Assembly: GCA_009780695.1 (NCBI GenBank) | Contig: WQZN01000011.1 | Coordinates: 18,456-82,455, forward strand | DNA length: 64,000 bases | Direction: 5' to 3' | From: Microbacteriaceae bacterium | GTDB taxonomy: Bacteria; Actinomycetota; Actinomycetes; Actinomycetales; Microbacteriaceae | In this document: in pieces, positions 49,082-58,713 of the stretch | Layout: every line of letters starts with the position of its first letter | Numbering within the stretch: the stretch's first letter is position 1 | The notes under the pieces: generated by a model | What the model was told of the DNA's origin: nothing | Database searches by the model: none | What the model saw: only the letters and a program-made list of their open reading frames with translations | Program-made: the position numbers and the translations under genes

Positions 49082-50527
49082 ATGACGACTCTCGCCGAGG
49101 CCGCCGTCGACCCGTCCGACTCCCCCGAAGCCGGCGCCCAACCCGACACCGGCAGGAGGAACGCGGTCGCTCTCTGGGCCGCGTTCCTCCCCAGGCTCCT
49201 CGCACGCAGCGTTCTCTTCGCAGCGCTCGGCATGCTGTTCTGGGCCTTCCTGCCGACCCTGTTCGGCTGGCATGCGACGACCGTGATGAGCGACTCGATG
49301 GCCCCGCGCATCTGGCGCGGCGACATCGTCGTGAGCGTGCCCGTCTCGGGCGCTCCCGCGGTCGGCCGCATCGCGCTGTTCGACGACCCCGATCATCCCG
49401 GCCGGCTGCGCATGCACCGCGTGGTCGCCGTGTCGGGCGACGGCACCCTCACGACCAAAGGCGATGCGAACGCGGCGGATGACTCGACGCCCGTGGCCGC
49501 GGCAGCGGTGCGCGGGGTCGCGGTCCTGCGCGTGCCCTGGCTCGGCTTCCCGATCGTGTGGCTCCGCGACCGCGAGCTCGTGCAGCTGGCGGTGTTCGGC
49601 GTCGCGGCGGCGGCCGTGCTCGCCCTCGCGCTGCCGACGGGCGCGACGAGCGGCCACGGGCGGCGGTGTGGGGGAGGTCCGCGCTCCGGCGGCCCGGCGG
49701 CCGGGCATCCCGCGCTCATGGTCGCCGCCGTCGTCGCGGCCGGCTCGACGGTCGCCTTCGCCCTCGCCGCGCCCGCCCCGGCCCATGCGTCGTTCAACGC
49801 GGTCTCGGCCGCACCGGCCTCGACCTTCTCCGCCGCATCGTCGTTCTCCTGCGCGGCCCCGACGCTGCCCGCCCCCGCGTACCTCTATTACCGTTTCGCC
49901 GAGACGACGGGCTCGCAGGCCGCCGACTCGAGCGGCAACGCCCGCACCGGCGTCCTGTCCGGCGGCATCACCCACCTCGGCGGCTCGTGCGGGGCCGGCC
50001 AGGCGCCCGCGCTCGGCTTCGACGGCAGCAGCGGCGCGCTCGTCTCGCCCTACGTGGGCGTCGCGCCGTCGACGTACTCGCTCGCGCTGTGGTTCACGAC
50101 CACCTCGACGACCGGCGGCATGCTCATCGGCTTCGGCAATGCGGCGAGCGGCGCCTCGACCGTCTACGACCGCCACGTCTACCTCAGCGCCGACGGGCGC
50201 CTCTACTTCGGCGTGTACCCGCTGCTCAGCCCGGTCGTGATCTCGAGCCCTGCGTCGTACAACGACGGCGGCTGGCACCAGGTCGTCGCGACGCAGTCGA
50301 GCTCGGGCATGCGCCTCTACGTCGACGGCGTGCGGGTCGCGATGGATGCCACGACGAAGGCCGCCGAGCCGAACGTCGGCTACTGGCGCATCGGCTACGA
50401 CGCGGTGGCGGGCTGGCCCGGCGCCCCCACGAGCGCGCACTTCAGCGGCGCCGTGTCGGATGTCGCGGTCTACGGCTCGGTGCTCAACGCGACCCAGGTC
50501 GCGGCATCCTTCGCCGCCGGTCGCTGA
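49082..50527 (+). CDS. SipW-type signal peptidase fused to an internal signal peptide and a LamG/ConA-like domain
   Basis: VMSDSMAP..GD, MHRVV, TKGDAN..DD (Ser/His S26B type); then TM, AHA-SF, and LamG motifs DSSGN, FDGS, YNDGGWH, LYVDG, WRIG. Confidence 0.8.
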   Translation: MTTLAEAAVDPSDSPEAGAQPDTGRRNAVALWAAFLPRLLARSVLFAALGMLFWAFLPTLFGWHATTVMSDSMAPRIWRGDIVVSVPVSGAPAVGRIALFDDPDHPGRLRMHRVVAVSGDGTLTTKGDANAADDSTPVAAAAVRGVAVLRVPWLGFPIVWLRDRELVQLAVFGVAAAAVLALALPTGATSGHGRRCGGGPRSGGPAAGHPALMVAAVVAAGSTVAFALAAPAPAHASFNAVSAAPASTFSAASSFSCAAPTLPAPAYLYYRFAETTGSQAADSSGNARTGVLSGGITHLGGSCGAGQAPALGFDGSSGALVSPYVGVAPSTYSLALWFTTTSTTGGMLIGFGNAASGASTVYDRHVYLSADGRLYFGVYPLLSPVVISSPASYNDGGWHQVVATQSSSGMRLYVDGVRVAMDATTKAAEPNVGYWRIGYDAVAGWPGAPTSAHFSGAVSDVAVYGSVLNATQVAASFAAGR

Positions 50528-50542
50528 CCTCGCACCGGCCGC

Positions 50543-52504
50543 CTACTCGACCGCCGGCAGCGTCAGCTCCGCCTGCTGCAGGTACAGCCCGGCGTAGACG
50601 CCGCCGAGCGCGAGCAGCTCGGCGTGCGTGCCCTGTTCGACGAGCCTGCCGCCGTCGATGACGAAGATGACGTCGGCACCGACGATGGTCGAGAGCCGGT
50701 GCGCGATCGCGATGGTGGTGCGACCGGATGACGCGGAGTCCAGCGCCTGCTGCACGACCCGCTCCGAGACCGTGTCGAGCGCGCTCGTGGCCTCATCGAG
50801 GATCAGCACCTCGGGGTCCTTCAGCAGCACCCGCGCGATCGCGATGCGCTGCTTCTCGCCGCCGGAGAGCCGGTAGCCGCGCTCGCCCACGAGCGTCTCG
50901 TAGCCGTCGGGGAACGACGCGATCGTGTCGTGGATGTTGGCCGCGCGACAGGCCGCCTCGAGCTCGGCGTCCGTCGCGCCGGGGCGCGCGTAGCGCAGGT
51001 TCTCGGCGATCGAGGCGTGGAACAGATAGGTCTCCTGGCTGACGACGCCGATGTGCGAGACGAGCGACTCGCCGCGCAGCTCGCGCACATCCCGGCCCGC
51101 GAAGCGGACGGCGCCCGAGGATGCCTCGTAGAAGCGCGGCACGAGGTATGACACGGTCGTCTTCCCCGCCCCCGACGGCCCGACGAAGGCGGCGAACCGG
51201 CCCGGCTCGATGCGGAACGAGACGTCGTCGAGGGTCGCGCGCTCCCCCGGTTTCGCATCCGGATAGCGGAACACGACGTGATCGAACTCGATGCCGATCG
51301 GCTTGCGCGTGGTCGCCGCCCCTGCGTCCACTGGTCGGCTGAGGCCGCCCCCGCCGGCCGAGCACTCCTCCTCCGCAGCGCTCACGCTCACGGCATCCGC
51401 CCGGTCCGCGATCGCGGGCTTCAGATCGAGGTACTCGAAGATGCGCGCGAACAGCGCACCGGAGGTCTGCAGGTCGAGCGCCAGCCGCAGCAGCCCCATG
51501 AGCGGGAACAGCAGCCGCGCCTGCACCGTGGTGAACGCGACGATCGTGCCGGCCGTGACATCCTGCGCGCCGCCGAGGATCAGCCAGCCCGCGATCAGGT
51601 ACACGATCGCCGGAATCGACGACAGGAAGACCTGCACCATCGCGAAGAACCACTGGCCGCTCATCGACTGCCGCACCTGCAGGTCGATCAGGTTGGCGTT
51701 CTCGTCCGAGTAACGCGCGATCTCGCTCTTCTGCCGGTTGAACGACTTGGAGAGCAGGACACCCGAGACCGACAGCGTCTCCTGTGTGATCGCCGTCATG
51801 TCCGACAGGCTCTCCTGCGTGGCGGTGGCGATCCGCGCGCGCACCTGGCCGACGCGCCGCTGCGCGATCACGAGCAGCGGCATGAGTACGATCGCGACGA
51901 CCGTGAGCTGCCAGCTCAGCAGAAGCATCGCGGCGAAGGCGGCGATCACCTGCACGGTGTTGCCGAGCACGCTCGAGATCGTGTTGGTGAGCACGTTCGC
52001 GACACCGCCGACGTCGTTCTGCAGGCGCGACTGGATCACACCGGTCTTCGTGCGGGTGAAGAAGCTGAGCTCCATGGCCTGCAGATGGCTGAAGAGCCGC
52101 ACTCTGAGGGCGCCCATGACGCTGTTGCCGACGGATGCCGTGAGCCAGGTCTGCCAGACGCCGATCAGCCCCGACACCACATAGAGCACGGTCATGGCGA
52201 CGACGAGCGAGACGAGCACCGGCACGTCGATGCGCCCCGCCCTCGGGAACAGCCCGTCGTCGAAGACCCGCTGCGTGAGCAGCGGCGGCACGACGCTCAG
52301 CGCCGCGGAGATCAGCACGAGGACGACCGTGACCGCGAGCTTTCCGCGGTACGGCCGGAACAGGCCGCCGATGCGCCGCACGAGATGGTCGATCTTGGGC
52401 GCCTGCGCGTTGATCGCGCGCTGCGCCCGGTGGTCCCCGCCGCTGATCCGGCCGCCGTGACCGCCTCCGCCGCGGCCGCCCGCACCCCGCCCCATTCCGC
52501 TCAC
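50543..52504 (-). CDS. ABC exporter, fused permease/ATPase
   Basis: TM domain, GPSGAGKT, LSGGEKQR, ILDEAT. Confidence 0.93.
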   Translation of the reverse strand: MSGMGRGAGGRGGGGHGGRISGGDHRAQRAINAQAPKIDHLVRRIGGLFRPYRGKLAVTVVLVLISAALSVVPPLLTQRVFDDGLFPRAGRIDVPVLVSLVVAMTVLYVVSGLIGVWQTWLTASVGNSVMGALRVRLFSHLQAMELSFFTRTKTGVIQSRLQNDVGGVANVLTNTISSVLGNTVQVIAAFAAMLLLSWQLTVVAIVLMPLLVIAQRRVGQVRARIATATQESLSDMTAITQETLSVSGVLLSKSFNRQKSEIARYSDENANLIDLQVRQSMSGQWFFAMVQVFLSSIPAIVYLIAGWLILGGAQDVTAGTIVAFTTVQARLLFPLMGLLRLALDLQTSGALFARIFEYLDLKPAIADRADAVSVSAAEEECSAGGGGLSRPVDAGAATTRKPIGIEFDHVVFRYPDAKPGERATLDDVSFRIEPGRFAAFVGPSGAGKTTVSYLVPRFYEASSGAVRFAGRDVRELRGESLVSHIGVVSQETYLFHASIAENLRYARPGATDAELEAACRAANIHDTIASFPDGYETLVGERGYRLSGGEKQRIAIARVLLKDPEVLILDEATSALDTVSERVVQQALDSASSGRTTIAIAHRLSTIVGADVIFVIDGGRLVEQGTHAELLALGGVYAGLYLQQAELTLPAVE

Positions 52505-52532
52505 GTTCACAGGCTAGGCCCCGGGTGAAGCA

Positions 52533-52559
52533 TGCAAGCGCTTGCGTCAAGCGCTTGCA
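52533..52559. promoter_or_regulatory. Tandem LacI operators
   Basis: TGCAAGCGCTTGC and TCAAGCGCTTGCA, back to back. Confidence 0.8.
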
Positions 52560-52636
52560 GCGACCTCCCGCAAGGACTAACTTGCCGGTCTATCCCCCAC
52601 CAGAGGGCCATGCAATCGAACTCAACGAGGAGTGAC

Positions 52637-53965
52637 ATGAAAGCATCACGTCGACCCCTGCTGACCGCAGGGCTCGCCCTCGCCGCCGCGACGGCGCTCG
52701 CGCTCACCGGGTGCAGCGGCGGCAGCAGCTCCGCCCAGAACGGCTCGTCGAAGCCGTCGGGCAACGCCACCAAAGGCAGCATCTCGTTCTGGGCCGGCCC
52801 CAGCATGGTCGGCGGTCAGGACATGAACAAGATCCTGATCACCGAGTTCCAGAAGGAGAATCCGGGCATCACGGTCAAGTACATCCCGGCCCCGCAGGAC
52901 ACCGACACCAACCGCGCGACGCTGACCACGCAGATCTCCGGCGGCGGCGGCCCCGACGTCTATCTCGGCGACGTCGTCTGGCCCGCGCAGTTCGCGTCCC
53001 ACCAGCTGGCCCTTCCGATCTCGCAGTACCTGCCGAAGAGCTACTGGGACACCTTCGCGAACGGCCTCGTCGCCGGCGCCACCTACAACGGCAAGGTCTA
53101 CGCGGCGCCGTTCTTCGAGGACCAGGGCTTCCTCTACTACCGCACCGACATCCTGAAAGAGGACAACCTCACCGTTCCCACCACCTGGGAACAGCTCGTC
53201 AGCGACGCCAAGATCGCCCAGTCGAAGAAGCAGGTCCAGTACGGCTACGTGTTCCAGGGGGCGAACTACGAGGGTGCGACCTGCGACTTCATGGAGTTCT
53301 TGACGGATGCCGGGGGCAAGGTCCTCAGCAGCGACGGCAAGAAGTCCGCGCTCGACAGCCCGGCCGCCGTCAAGGCGCTGACCTTCGAGCAGAGCCTCGT
53401 CAAGCAGGGCATCGCACCGGCCGCCGTCTCCACCTATCAGGAGACGCAGTCGATGAACGCCTTCCAGGACGGCGACTCGCTGTTCCTGCGCAACTGGGAC
53501 TACGCGTACGCCTCGGCGAACGGCCAGGGCTCCAAGGTCGCCGGCAAGGTCGGCGTCGCCCCGCTGCCCACCTTCCAGGGCGAGTCCGGCAGCGGCTACT
53601 CGAACATCGGCGGTTGGGACCTGTACGTCAACCCGCACAGCAAGAACGTCGCGGCCGACCTCACGTTCGTGAAGTTCATGACCGGCGACACCGCGCAGAA
53701 GATCATCGCGACGCAGTTCAGCGAGATCCCGACCAACCAGGCCGTCCGCACCTCCGCCGACGTCAAGGCGAGCAACGCGGTCCTGGCGATCGTCCCGCAG
53801 ACGCAGCTCGTCGCCCGCCCGTCCAACTCGCCCCAGTACCCCGAGGTGAGCCAGGCGATCTACCAGGCGGTCAACGGCGTCCTCGCCGGCTCGCAGTCGC
53901 CGTCCGACGCGATCAAATCGGCGAGCTCGCAGATCAACACCGCTGTGAGCAACGGCGGGCTGTAG
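52637..53965 (+). CDS. Sugar ABC substrate-binding lipoprotein (trehalose/maltose-like)
   Basis: LTGC lipobox, DVVWPAQFA, LYYRTD, YEG.TC, FLRNWDY, ARP..PQY. Confidence 0.88.
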   Translation: MKASRRPLLTAGLALAAATALALTGCSGGSSSAQNGSSKPSGNATKGSISFWAGPSMVGGQDMNKILITEFQKENPGITVKYIPAPQDTDTNRATLTTQISGGGGPDVYLGDVVWPAQFASHQLALPISQYLPKSYWDTFANGLVAGATYNGKVYAAPFFEDQGFLYYRTDILKEDNLTVPTTWEQLVSDAKIAQSKKQVQYGYVFQGANYEGATCDFMEFLTDAGGKVLSSDGKKSALDSPAAVKALTFEQSLVKQGIAPAAVSTYQETQSMNAFQDGDSLFLRNWDYAYASANGQGSKVAGKVGVAPLPTFQGESGSGYSNIGGWDLYVNPHSKNVAADLTFVKFMTGDTAQKIIATQFSEIPTNQAVRTSADVKASNAVLAIVPQTQLVARPSNSPQYPEVSQAIYQAVNGVLAGSQSPSDAIKSASSQINTAVSNGGL

Positions 53966-53972
53966 GCGCACG

Positions 53973-54956
53973 ATGGTCACCGCCGGCACCGTGCCGCGCC
54001 GCGGCAGGGCCTCCCGCACGTCATCCCATGACGCGCGTGGGGCCCTGCCCCCCAGGCGCAACGCCTACCAGCAGTCGATGGCGCGCCTCGGTTGGGGCTT
54101 CTCCGCCCCGGCCCTGGTCGTCATCGCCGCGGTCACGATCTTCCCGATCGTGTTCTCCGTCGTGATGAGCTTCTCGAACGTCAACGTCCTGGGCAGCGGC
54201 TTCAGCATCGACGGCTTCACGCTGTCCAACTACACGACCGTGTTCCAGGCGAGCGTGTGGCAGTACGCGCTGGCCTTCACGGTCGGGTACACGGTCGTCA
54301 CGGTCACGCTCGAGATCGTCATCGGCACGCTCATCGCGCTCGTGCTCGAGCGGCTCGAGGCGTTCCGCGGCTGGATGATGGCGATCCTCCTCATCCCGTG
54401 GTCGCTGATCACCGTGATCTCGGCCACCCTGTGGGGCTACATCTACGACCCGACCTACGGCATCGCCGACCGCATCTTCGGCGCGCTCGGCATGGGCAGC
54501 CCGGTCATCCTGGGAACGCCGACCTCGGCGATCATCGCCATGATCGTGGCGGACGTCTGGAAGACCACGCCCTTCGTCACGATCATCGTGCTCGCGGGCC
54601 TGGTCATGCTCCCCCGCGACGTGTACGAGGCGGCGGAGGTCGACGGGGCGAGCGGGTGGAAGACCTTCTGGACGGTGACGCTGCCGCTGCTGCGGCCGAC
54701 CATCGCCCTGGCGGTCCTGTTCCGCATCCTCCAGGCCTTCGGCGTCTTCGACCTGCCGTTCGTCCTGACCCAGGGCGGCCCGCGGAACGCGACGACATCC
54801 CTCGCGATCCTCGGCTATCGCGTCATGTTCACGGACCTGAAGTTCGGGCCCGGGGCCGCGGTCGCGACCACCACCGCGGTGCTGGTCGTCCTCGGCTGTC
54901 TGCTGTTCCTGCGGGTGTTCAAGTCGCAGGTCACCGAGACGGGAGACGAGTCATGA
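53973..54956 (+). CDS. Sugar ABC permease (SugA-like)
   Basis: ADVWKTTPF, YEAAEVDGA. Confidence 0.9.
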   Translation: MVTAGTVPRRGRASRTSSHDARGALPPRRNAYQQSMARLGWGFSAPALVVIAAVTIFPIVFSVVMSFSNVNVLGSGFSIDGFTLSNYTTVFQASVWQYALAFTVGYTVVTVTLEIVIGTLIALVLERLEAFRGWMMAILLIPWSLITVISATLWGYIYDPTYGIADRIFGALGMGSPVILGTPTSAIIAMIVADVWKTTPFVTIIVLAGLVMLPRDVYEAAEVDGASGWKTFWTVTLPLLRPTIALAVLFRILQAFGVFDLPFVLTQGGPRNATTSLAILGYRVMFTDLKFGPGAAVATTTAVLVVLGCLLFLRVFKSQVTETGDES

Positions 54957-55789
54957 GCGCACGCCGCTCCAAGGCGGGGCAGACGGGGCTGTGGATCGCC
55001 GTCGGGGTGATCATCCTCTTCGTCCTCGCGCCGATCTACTGGATGATCGCAACGGGGTTCAAGACGACGGCCGGCGTCGCCGCCCAGCCGCCGCAGCTGT
55101 TCCCGAACCCCATCAGCTTCGAGAACTACACCTCGGCCTTCACCTCCTACTCCTTCGGCACCTACATCATGAACTCGCTGATCGTCTCGATCGCGACCAC
55201 GGTGCTGGTCCTGGCATTCGGCACGCTCGCCGGCTATGCGCTGGGCCGGATGCCGATCAAGGGCAAGCTGCCCATCCTCGTCGCCCTGCTCATGATCAGC
55301 GTCTTCCCGGCGATCGCCCTGATCGCCCCGCTGTACCTGCTCATGCGCGAGGTGAACTGGCTGAACAGCTATCAGGCGCTGATCGTGCCCTATACGGCGC
55401 TCAACCTGCCCTTCGCCATCTGGATCCTGCGGAACTACTTCATGGGCGTCCCGAAGGAGATGGAGGAGACGAGCCGCATCGACGGCGCCTCGCCGCTGCG
55501 CACGGTGTGGTCTGTCGTGCTGCCGATGGCGCTGCCCGGCCTGTTCACCGCGGGCATCTTCGCCTTCACCGCCTGTTGGACCGAGTTCCTCATGGCGCTC
55601 TCGTTCAACAGCGCGGACGCCTTCCGTACGATCCCCGTGGGCATCGCGCTGTTCGGCACGCCGCATGTGACGCCCTACGGCATCATCTTCGCGGCGGCAA
55701 CGGTCGCCGTGGTCCCGATCGCGATCCTGGTGCTCGTGTTCCGCAAATCGGTCGTCTCGGGCCTGACGTCGGGGGCGGTCAAGGGCTGA
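54953..55789 (+). CDS. Sugar ABC permease (SugB-like)
   Basis: EETSRIDGA, VSGLTSGAVKG. Confidence 0.9.
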   Translation: MSARRSKAGQTGLWIAVGVIILFVLAPIYWMIATGFKTTAGVAAQPPQLFPNPISFENYTSAFTSYSFGTYIMNSLIVSIATTVLVLAFGTLAGYALGRMPIKGKLPILVALLMISVFPAIALIAPLYLLMREVNWLNSYQALIVPYTALNLPFAIWILRNYFMGVPKEMEETSRIDGASPLRTVWSVVLPMALPGLFTAGIFAFTACWTEFLMALSFNSADAFRTIPVGIALFGTPHVTPYGIIFAAATVAVVPIAILVLVFRKSVVSGLTSGAVKG

Positions 55790-55859
55790 GCCGTGCGGCG
55801 GGGCGGATGCCGCCGGCGTCCGCCCCGCCCCGCACGACCCGGGGGAAGGGGCATCCGGC

Positions 55860-56864
55860 ATGGCGGGGATCACGGACGTCGCACGCGCGTCCGGTGTGTC
55901 GACGGCGACGGTGTCGCGCGCGCTCCGCGGCCTCCCGAACGTCGCCGAGGAGACCAGGATCGCGGTGCGCCGCGCCGCCGACGCGCTCGGCTACGTTCCG
56001 TCGTCCAGCGCTTCGGGGCTCGCGAGCGGTCGCACCCTCGCGATGGGCGTCGTCGTCCCCAACGTGAGCCGCTGGTTCTACACGTCCGTGCTCGAGGGCA
56101 TCGACGACGAGCTGCGCATCGCCGGCTACGACACGGTCCTCTTCAATCTCGGGGCGCGCGGCGACGAACGGGCCCGGGTGTTCCACCGCTCGATCCTGCG
56201 CAAGCGCACCGACGCCGTGATCGCCCTGTGCCTGGACTTCTCCGCCGACGAGCGCGAGCACCTCGCCTCGCTCGGGCACCCGACGGTCGTCGTCGGCGGC
56301 CCCGTGCCGGGGCTCGCGTACGTCGGCATCGACGAGTTCGGCACGGCGCGCGCCGCGACCGAGCACCTCGTCGCCCTCGGCCATCGCGACATCGCCTACA
56401 TCGGCGGCGACAGCCAGCACGGGCTCAATCCGCGCGTTCCGACGCTGCGTCGGCGCGGGTTCCGCCGCGCGATGACGACGGCAGGCCTGCCGGTGCGGCG
56501 CGAGTGGGTCGAACGCGGCGACGATCTGACGATCTCGGGCGGTCACGCCGCGGCGCTGCGGATGCTGCACCGCACCCCCCGCCCGACGGCGGTCTTCGCG
56601 GCCTCCGACGAGTCCGCCATCGGCGTGATCCTCGCCGCGCGCGAGCTCGGCATCGCCGTTCCGGGCGAGCTCTCGGTCATCGGCATCGACGACCACCCCC
56701 TGGCCCCGAGCTTCGCCCTCACGACGATGGCGCAGGATGCCGTCGGACAGGGCAGGAGCGCCGCCCGGCTCATGCTCGATGAGCTGGGCGGCGCTCCGAG
56801 ATCCGCCGCGGCGATCCGCTTCCCGACGACCTTGGTCGAGCGGGCGTCGACCGCTGCGCGCTAG
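55860..56864 (+). CDS. LacI-family regulator
   Basis: GITDVARASGVSTATVSRAL, SVIGIDD. Confidence 0.92.
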   Translation: MAGITDVARASGVSTATVSRALRGLPNVAEETRIAVRRAADALGYVPSSSASGLASGRTLAMGVVVPNVSRWFYTSVLEGIDDELRIAGYDTVLFNLGARGDERARVFHRSILRKRTDAVIALCLDFSADEREHLASLGHPTVVVGGPVPGLAYVGIDEFGTARAATEHLVALGHRDIAYIGGDSQHGLNPRVPTLRRRGFRRAMTTAGLPVRREWVERGDDLTISGGHAAALRMLHRTPRPTAVFAASDESAIGVILAARELGIAVPGELSVIGIDDHPLAPSFALTTMAQDAVGQGRSAARLMLDELGGAPRSAAAIRFPTTLVERASTAAR

Positions 56865-58105
56865 TCGGCGTCCCCCACGAAGATCGCCTCGCCGACCTCG
56901 TCGCGGTGTTCTTCGGCACCGTCGGCGCGGCTGAGCTTCGAGCGGCCGATCACGATGATGAGCGTCGCGACGACGAGCACGATCACCCCGCCCCAGAACG
57001 GGGCGGCCGTGGTGCCGAAGTGCTCGGCGAGGCGCGATGCGACCGGCGGGGCGATCGCGCCGCCGACGAAGCGCACGCCCGAGTAGGCGCTCGAGGCGAC
57101 GGGCCGGGGCAGGTCGGTGGCCTCCATCGAGCACTCGGTGAGGACGGTGTTGAGGATGCCGAGGAACAGACCGCCGACGATCACGAGCACGACCAGCCCG
57201 ATGACGCTCGCGTGGAACACGGCCGCGAGCAGCAGGACCACCGCGAGCAGCGGGATCACCGTGATCAGCACGGTGGTGCGGCGCATCCGCGCGGTCAGCA
57301 TCGGGGCGATGAACACCGAGCTGATCGCGACCGCGACGCCCCAGCCGAAGAAGATGTAGCCGAGCTGCATGGCGCTCGCGACGCCGACCGCCTGCAGCGC
57401 GAACGGGGTCCAGGCGAGCAGCACGAAGAAGCCCATGTTGTAGAACAGGGCGGCCGCCGCCATGATCGCGAGGGCCGGGCGTCCGAGGCCGCGGAACGGC
57501 GCCGACAACGGCGTCGGGGTCGGCTTGGCCTTCGGCGTGCGCAGCATCGTCACGATCGCGATGAAGCCGATCGCCATGAGCGCGGCGGTGCCGAAGAACG
57601 GCCCGCGCCACGACACCTCGCCGAGGGCGCCGCCGACGAGCGGACCGACCGCGAGGCCGAGCCCGAGCGCCGCCTCGTACAGGATGATCGCGTTGGCCGC
57701 GCCGCCCGCGGCCGCACCGACGATCGAGGCGAGCGCCGTCGAGATGAAGAGCGCGTTGCCGAGACCCCAGCCGGCACGGAAGCCGATGATCTGGCCGACC
57801 GAGCCGCTCGAGCCGGCGAGCGCGGCGAACACGATCACGAGCGCGAGGCCGATGAGCAACGTGTTCTTGGCGCCGATGCGGCTCGACAGCCAGCTCGTGA
57901 AGAACATCATCACGCCGGTGATGAGCAGATAGCTCGTGAAGAGCATCTCGGTCTGGGTCGCGGTCGCGTGGGTCGCCGCGGCGATCGCGGGCAGGATCGG
58001 GTCCACGAGGCCGATGCCCATGAAGGACACCACGCACGCGAACGCGATCGCCCACACGGCGACCGGCTGCTTGAGGATGGATCCGGATGCTTTCTCGTGC
58101 GCCAC
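56861..58105 (-). CDS. MFS transporter
   Basis: SFMGIGLVDPILP, GWGLGNALF, YEAALGLG. Confidence 0.9.
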   Translation of the reverse strand: MAHEKASGSILKQPVAVWAIAFACVVSFMGIGLVDPILPAIAAATHATATQTEMLFTSYLLITGVMMFFTSWLSSRIGAKNTLLIGLALVIVFAALAGSSGSVGQIIGFRAGWGLGNALFISTALASIVGAAAGGAANAIILYEAALGLGLAVGPLVGGALGEVSWRGPFFGTAALMAIGFIAIVTMLRTPKAKPTPTPLSAPFRGLGRPALAIMAAAALFYNMGFFVLLAWTPFALQAVGVASAMQLGYIFFGWGVAVAISSVFIAPMLTARMRRTTVLITVIPLLAVVLLLAAVFHASVIGLVVLVIVGGLFLGILNTVLTECSMEATDLPRPVASSAYSGVRFVGGAIAPPVASRLAEHFGTTAAPFWGGVIVLVVATLIIVIGRSKLSRADGAEEHRDEVGEAIFVGDAD

Positions 58106-58590
58106 TACTGCGCCACCTCCTGGGTCTGGTCGTTCCTGTTCGGCTCGAGGGCCACGATGTGCGAGTCGATGACCTGCACCGTGCGCCGCAGAGCCTCGAT
58201 GTCGTCGGCGTCGAGATCGCCGAAATAGGGCAGCAGTGCGGATGCCAGACCCGCCCGCCATTCGGCGAGCGCGGCCGCTCCGTCCGCGGTGATGCCGATC
58301 CGCCACGCCCGCGCGTCGTCGGGGTCGGCCAGCCGCTCGACCCAGCCCCGCGCGGCGAGCCCGGTCACGAGCTTCGTCATGGTCGGCTGCGCCACCTGGC
58401 TCGTCTCCGCGAGCACGCCGACCCGGGAGGGCCCGCTGCGCTGCAGCACCCCGAGCGTGCGCCAGCCGGCGAGCGAGTCGCCCTGGCCGTTCTCGCGCGC
58501 GATGCGCCGGATCGCCTGCACGAGACGGGAGTTGACCTGAACGAGCTCGCTCAGCACCCCGCTCAAGACATCCGCATCAGCTTTCTGCAT
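58105..58590 (-). CDS. MarR-family regulator
   Basis: VAQPTMTKLV..L...GWVER..DPDDAR. Confidence 0.88.
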   Translation of the reverse strand: MQKADADVLSGVLSELVQVNSRLVQAIRRIARENGQGDSLAGWRTLGVLQRSGPSRVGVLAETSQVAQPTMTKLVTGLAARGWVERLADPDDARAWRIGITADGAAALAEWRAGLASALLPYFGDLDADDIEALRRTVQVIDSHIVALEPNRNDQTQEVAQ

Positions 58591-58626
58591 GGCTCCATAA
58601 TACATAGCTTTGCTATATATGTCGAC

Positions 58627-58666
58627 GAAACGAAGGGCGCCGCACCGAAGTGCGACGCCCCGTTTC
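58627..58666 (-). terminator. Intrinsic terminator of rplJL
   Basis: GGGCGTCGCAC-TTCG-GTGCGGCGCCC followed by TTCGTTTC. Confidence 0.75.
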
Positions 58667-58713
58667 CGGCCGGAGCCGGGAAGCAATCACCCGAGGCACT
58701 GCCTCGGACGGGA

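Noticed and set aside
51300-51400. Odd linker (EEECSAGGGG...) in the ABC exporter
   Set aside because: Lies in the variable TMD-NBD linker; no intein or repeat signature.
12003-55789. Missing ATPase genes in four ABC importers
   Set aside because: Normal for actinobacterial CUT1 systems, which share an MsiK-type ATPase.
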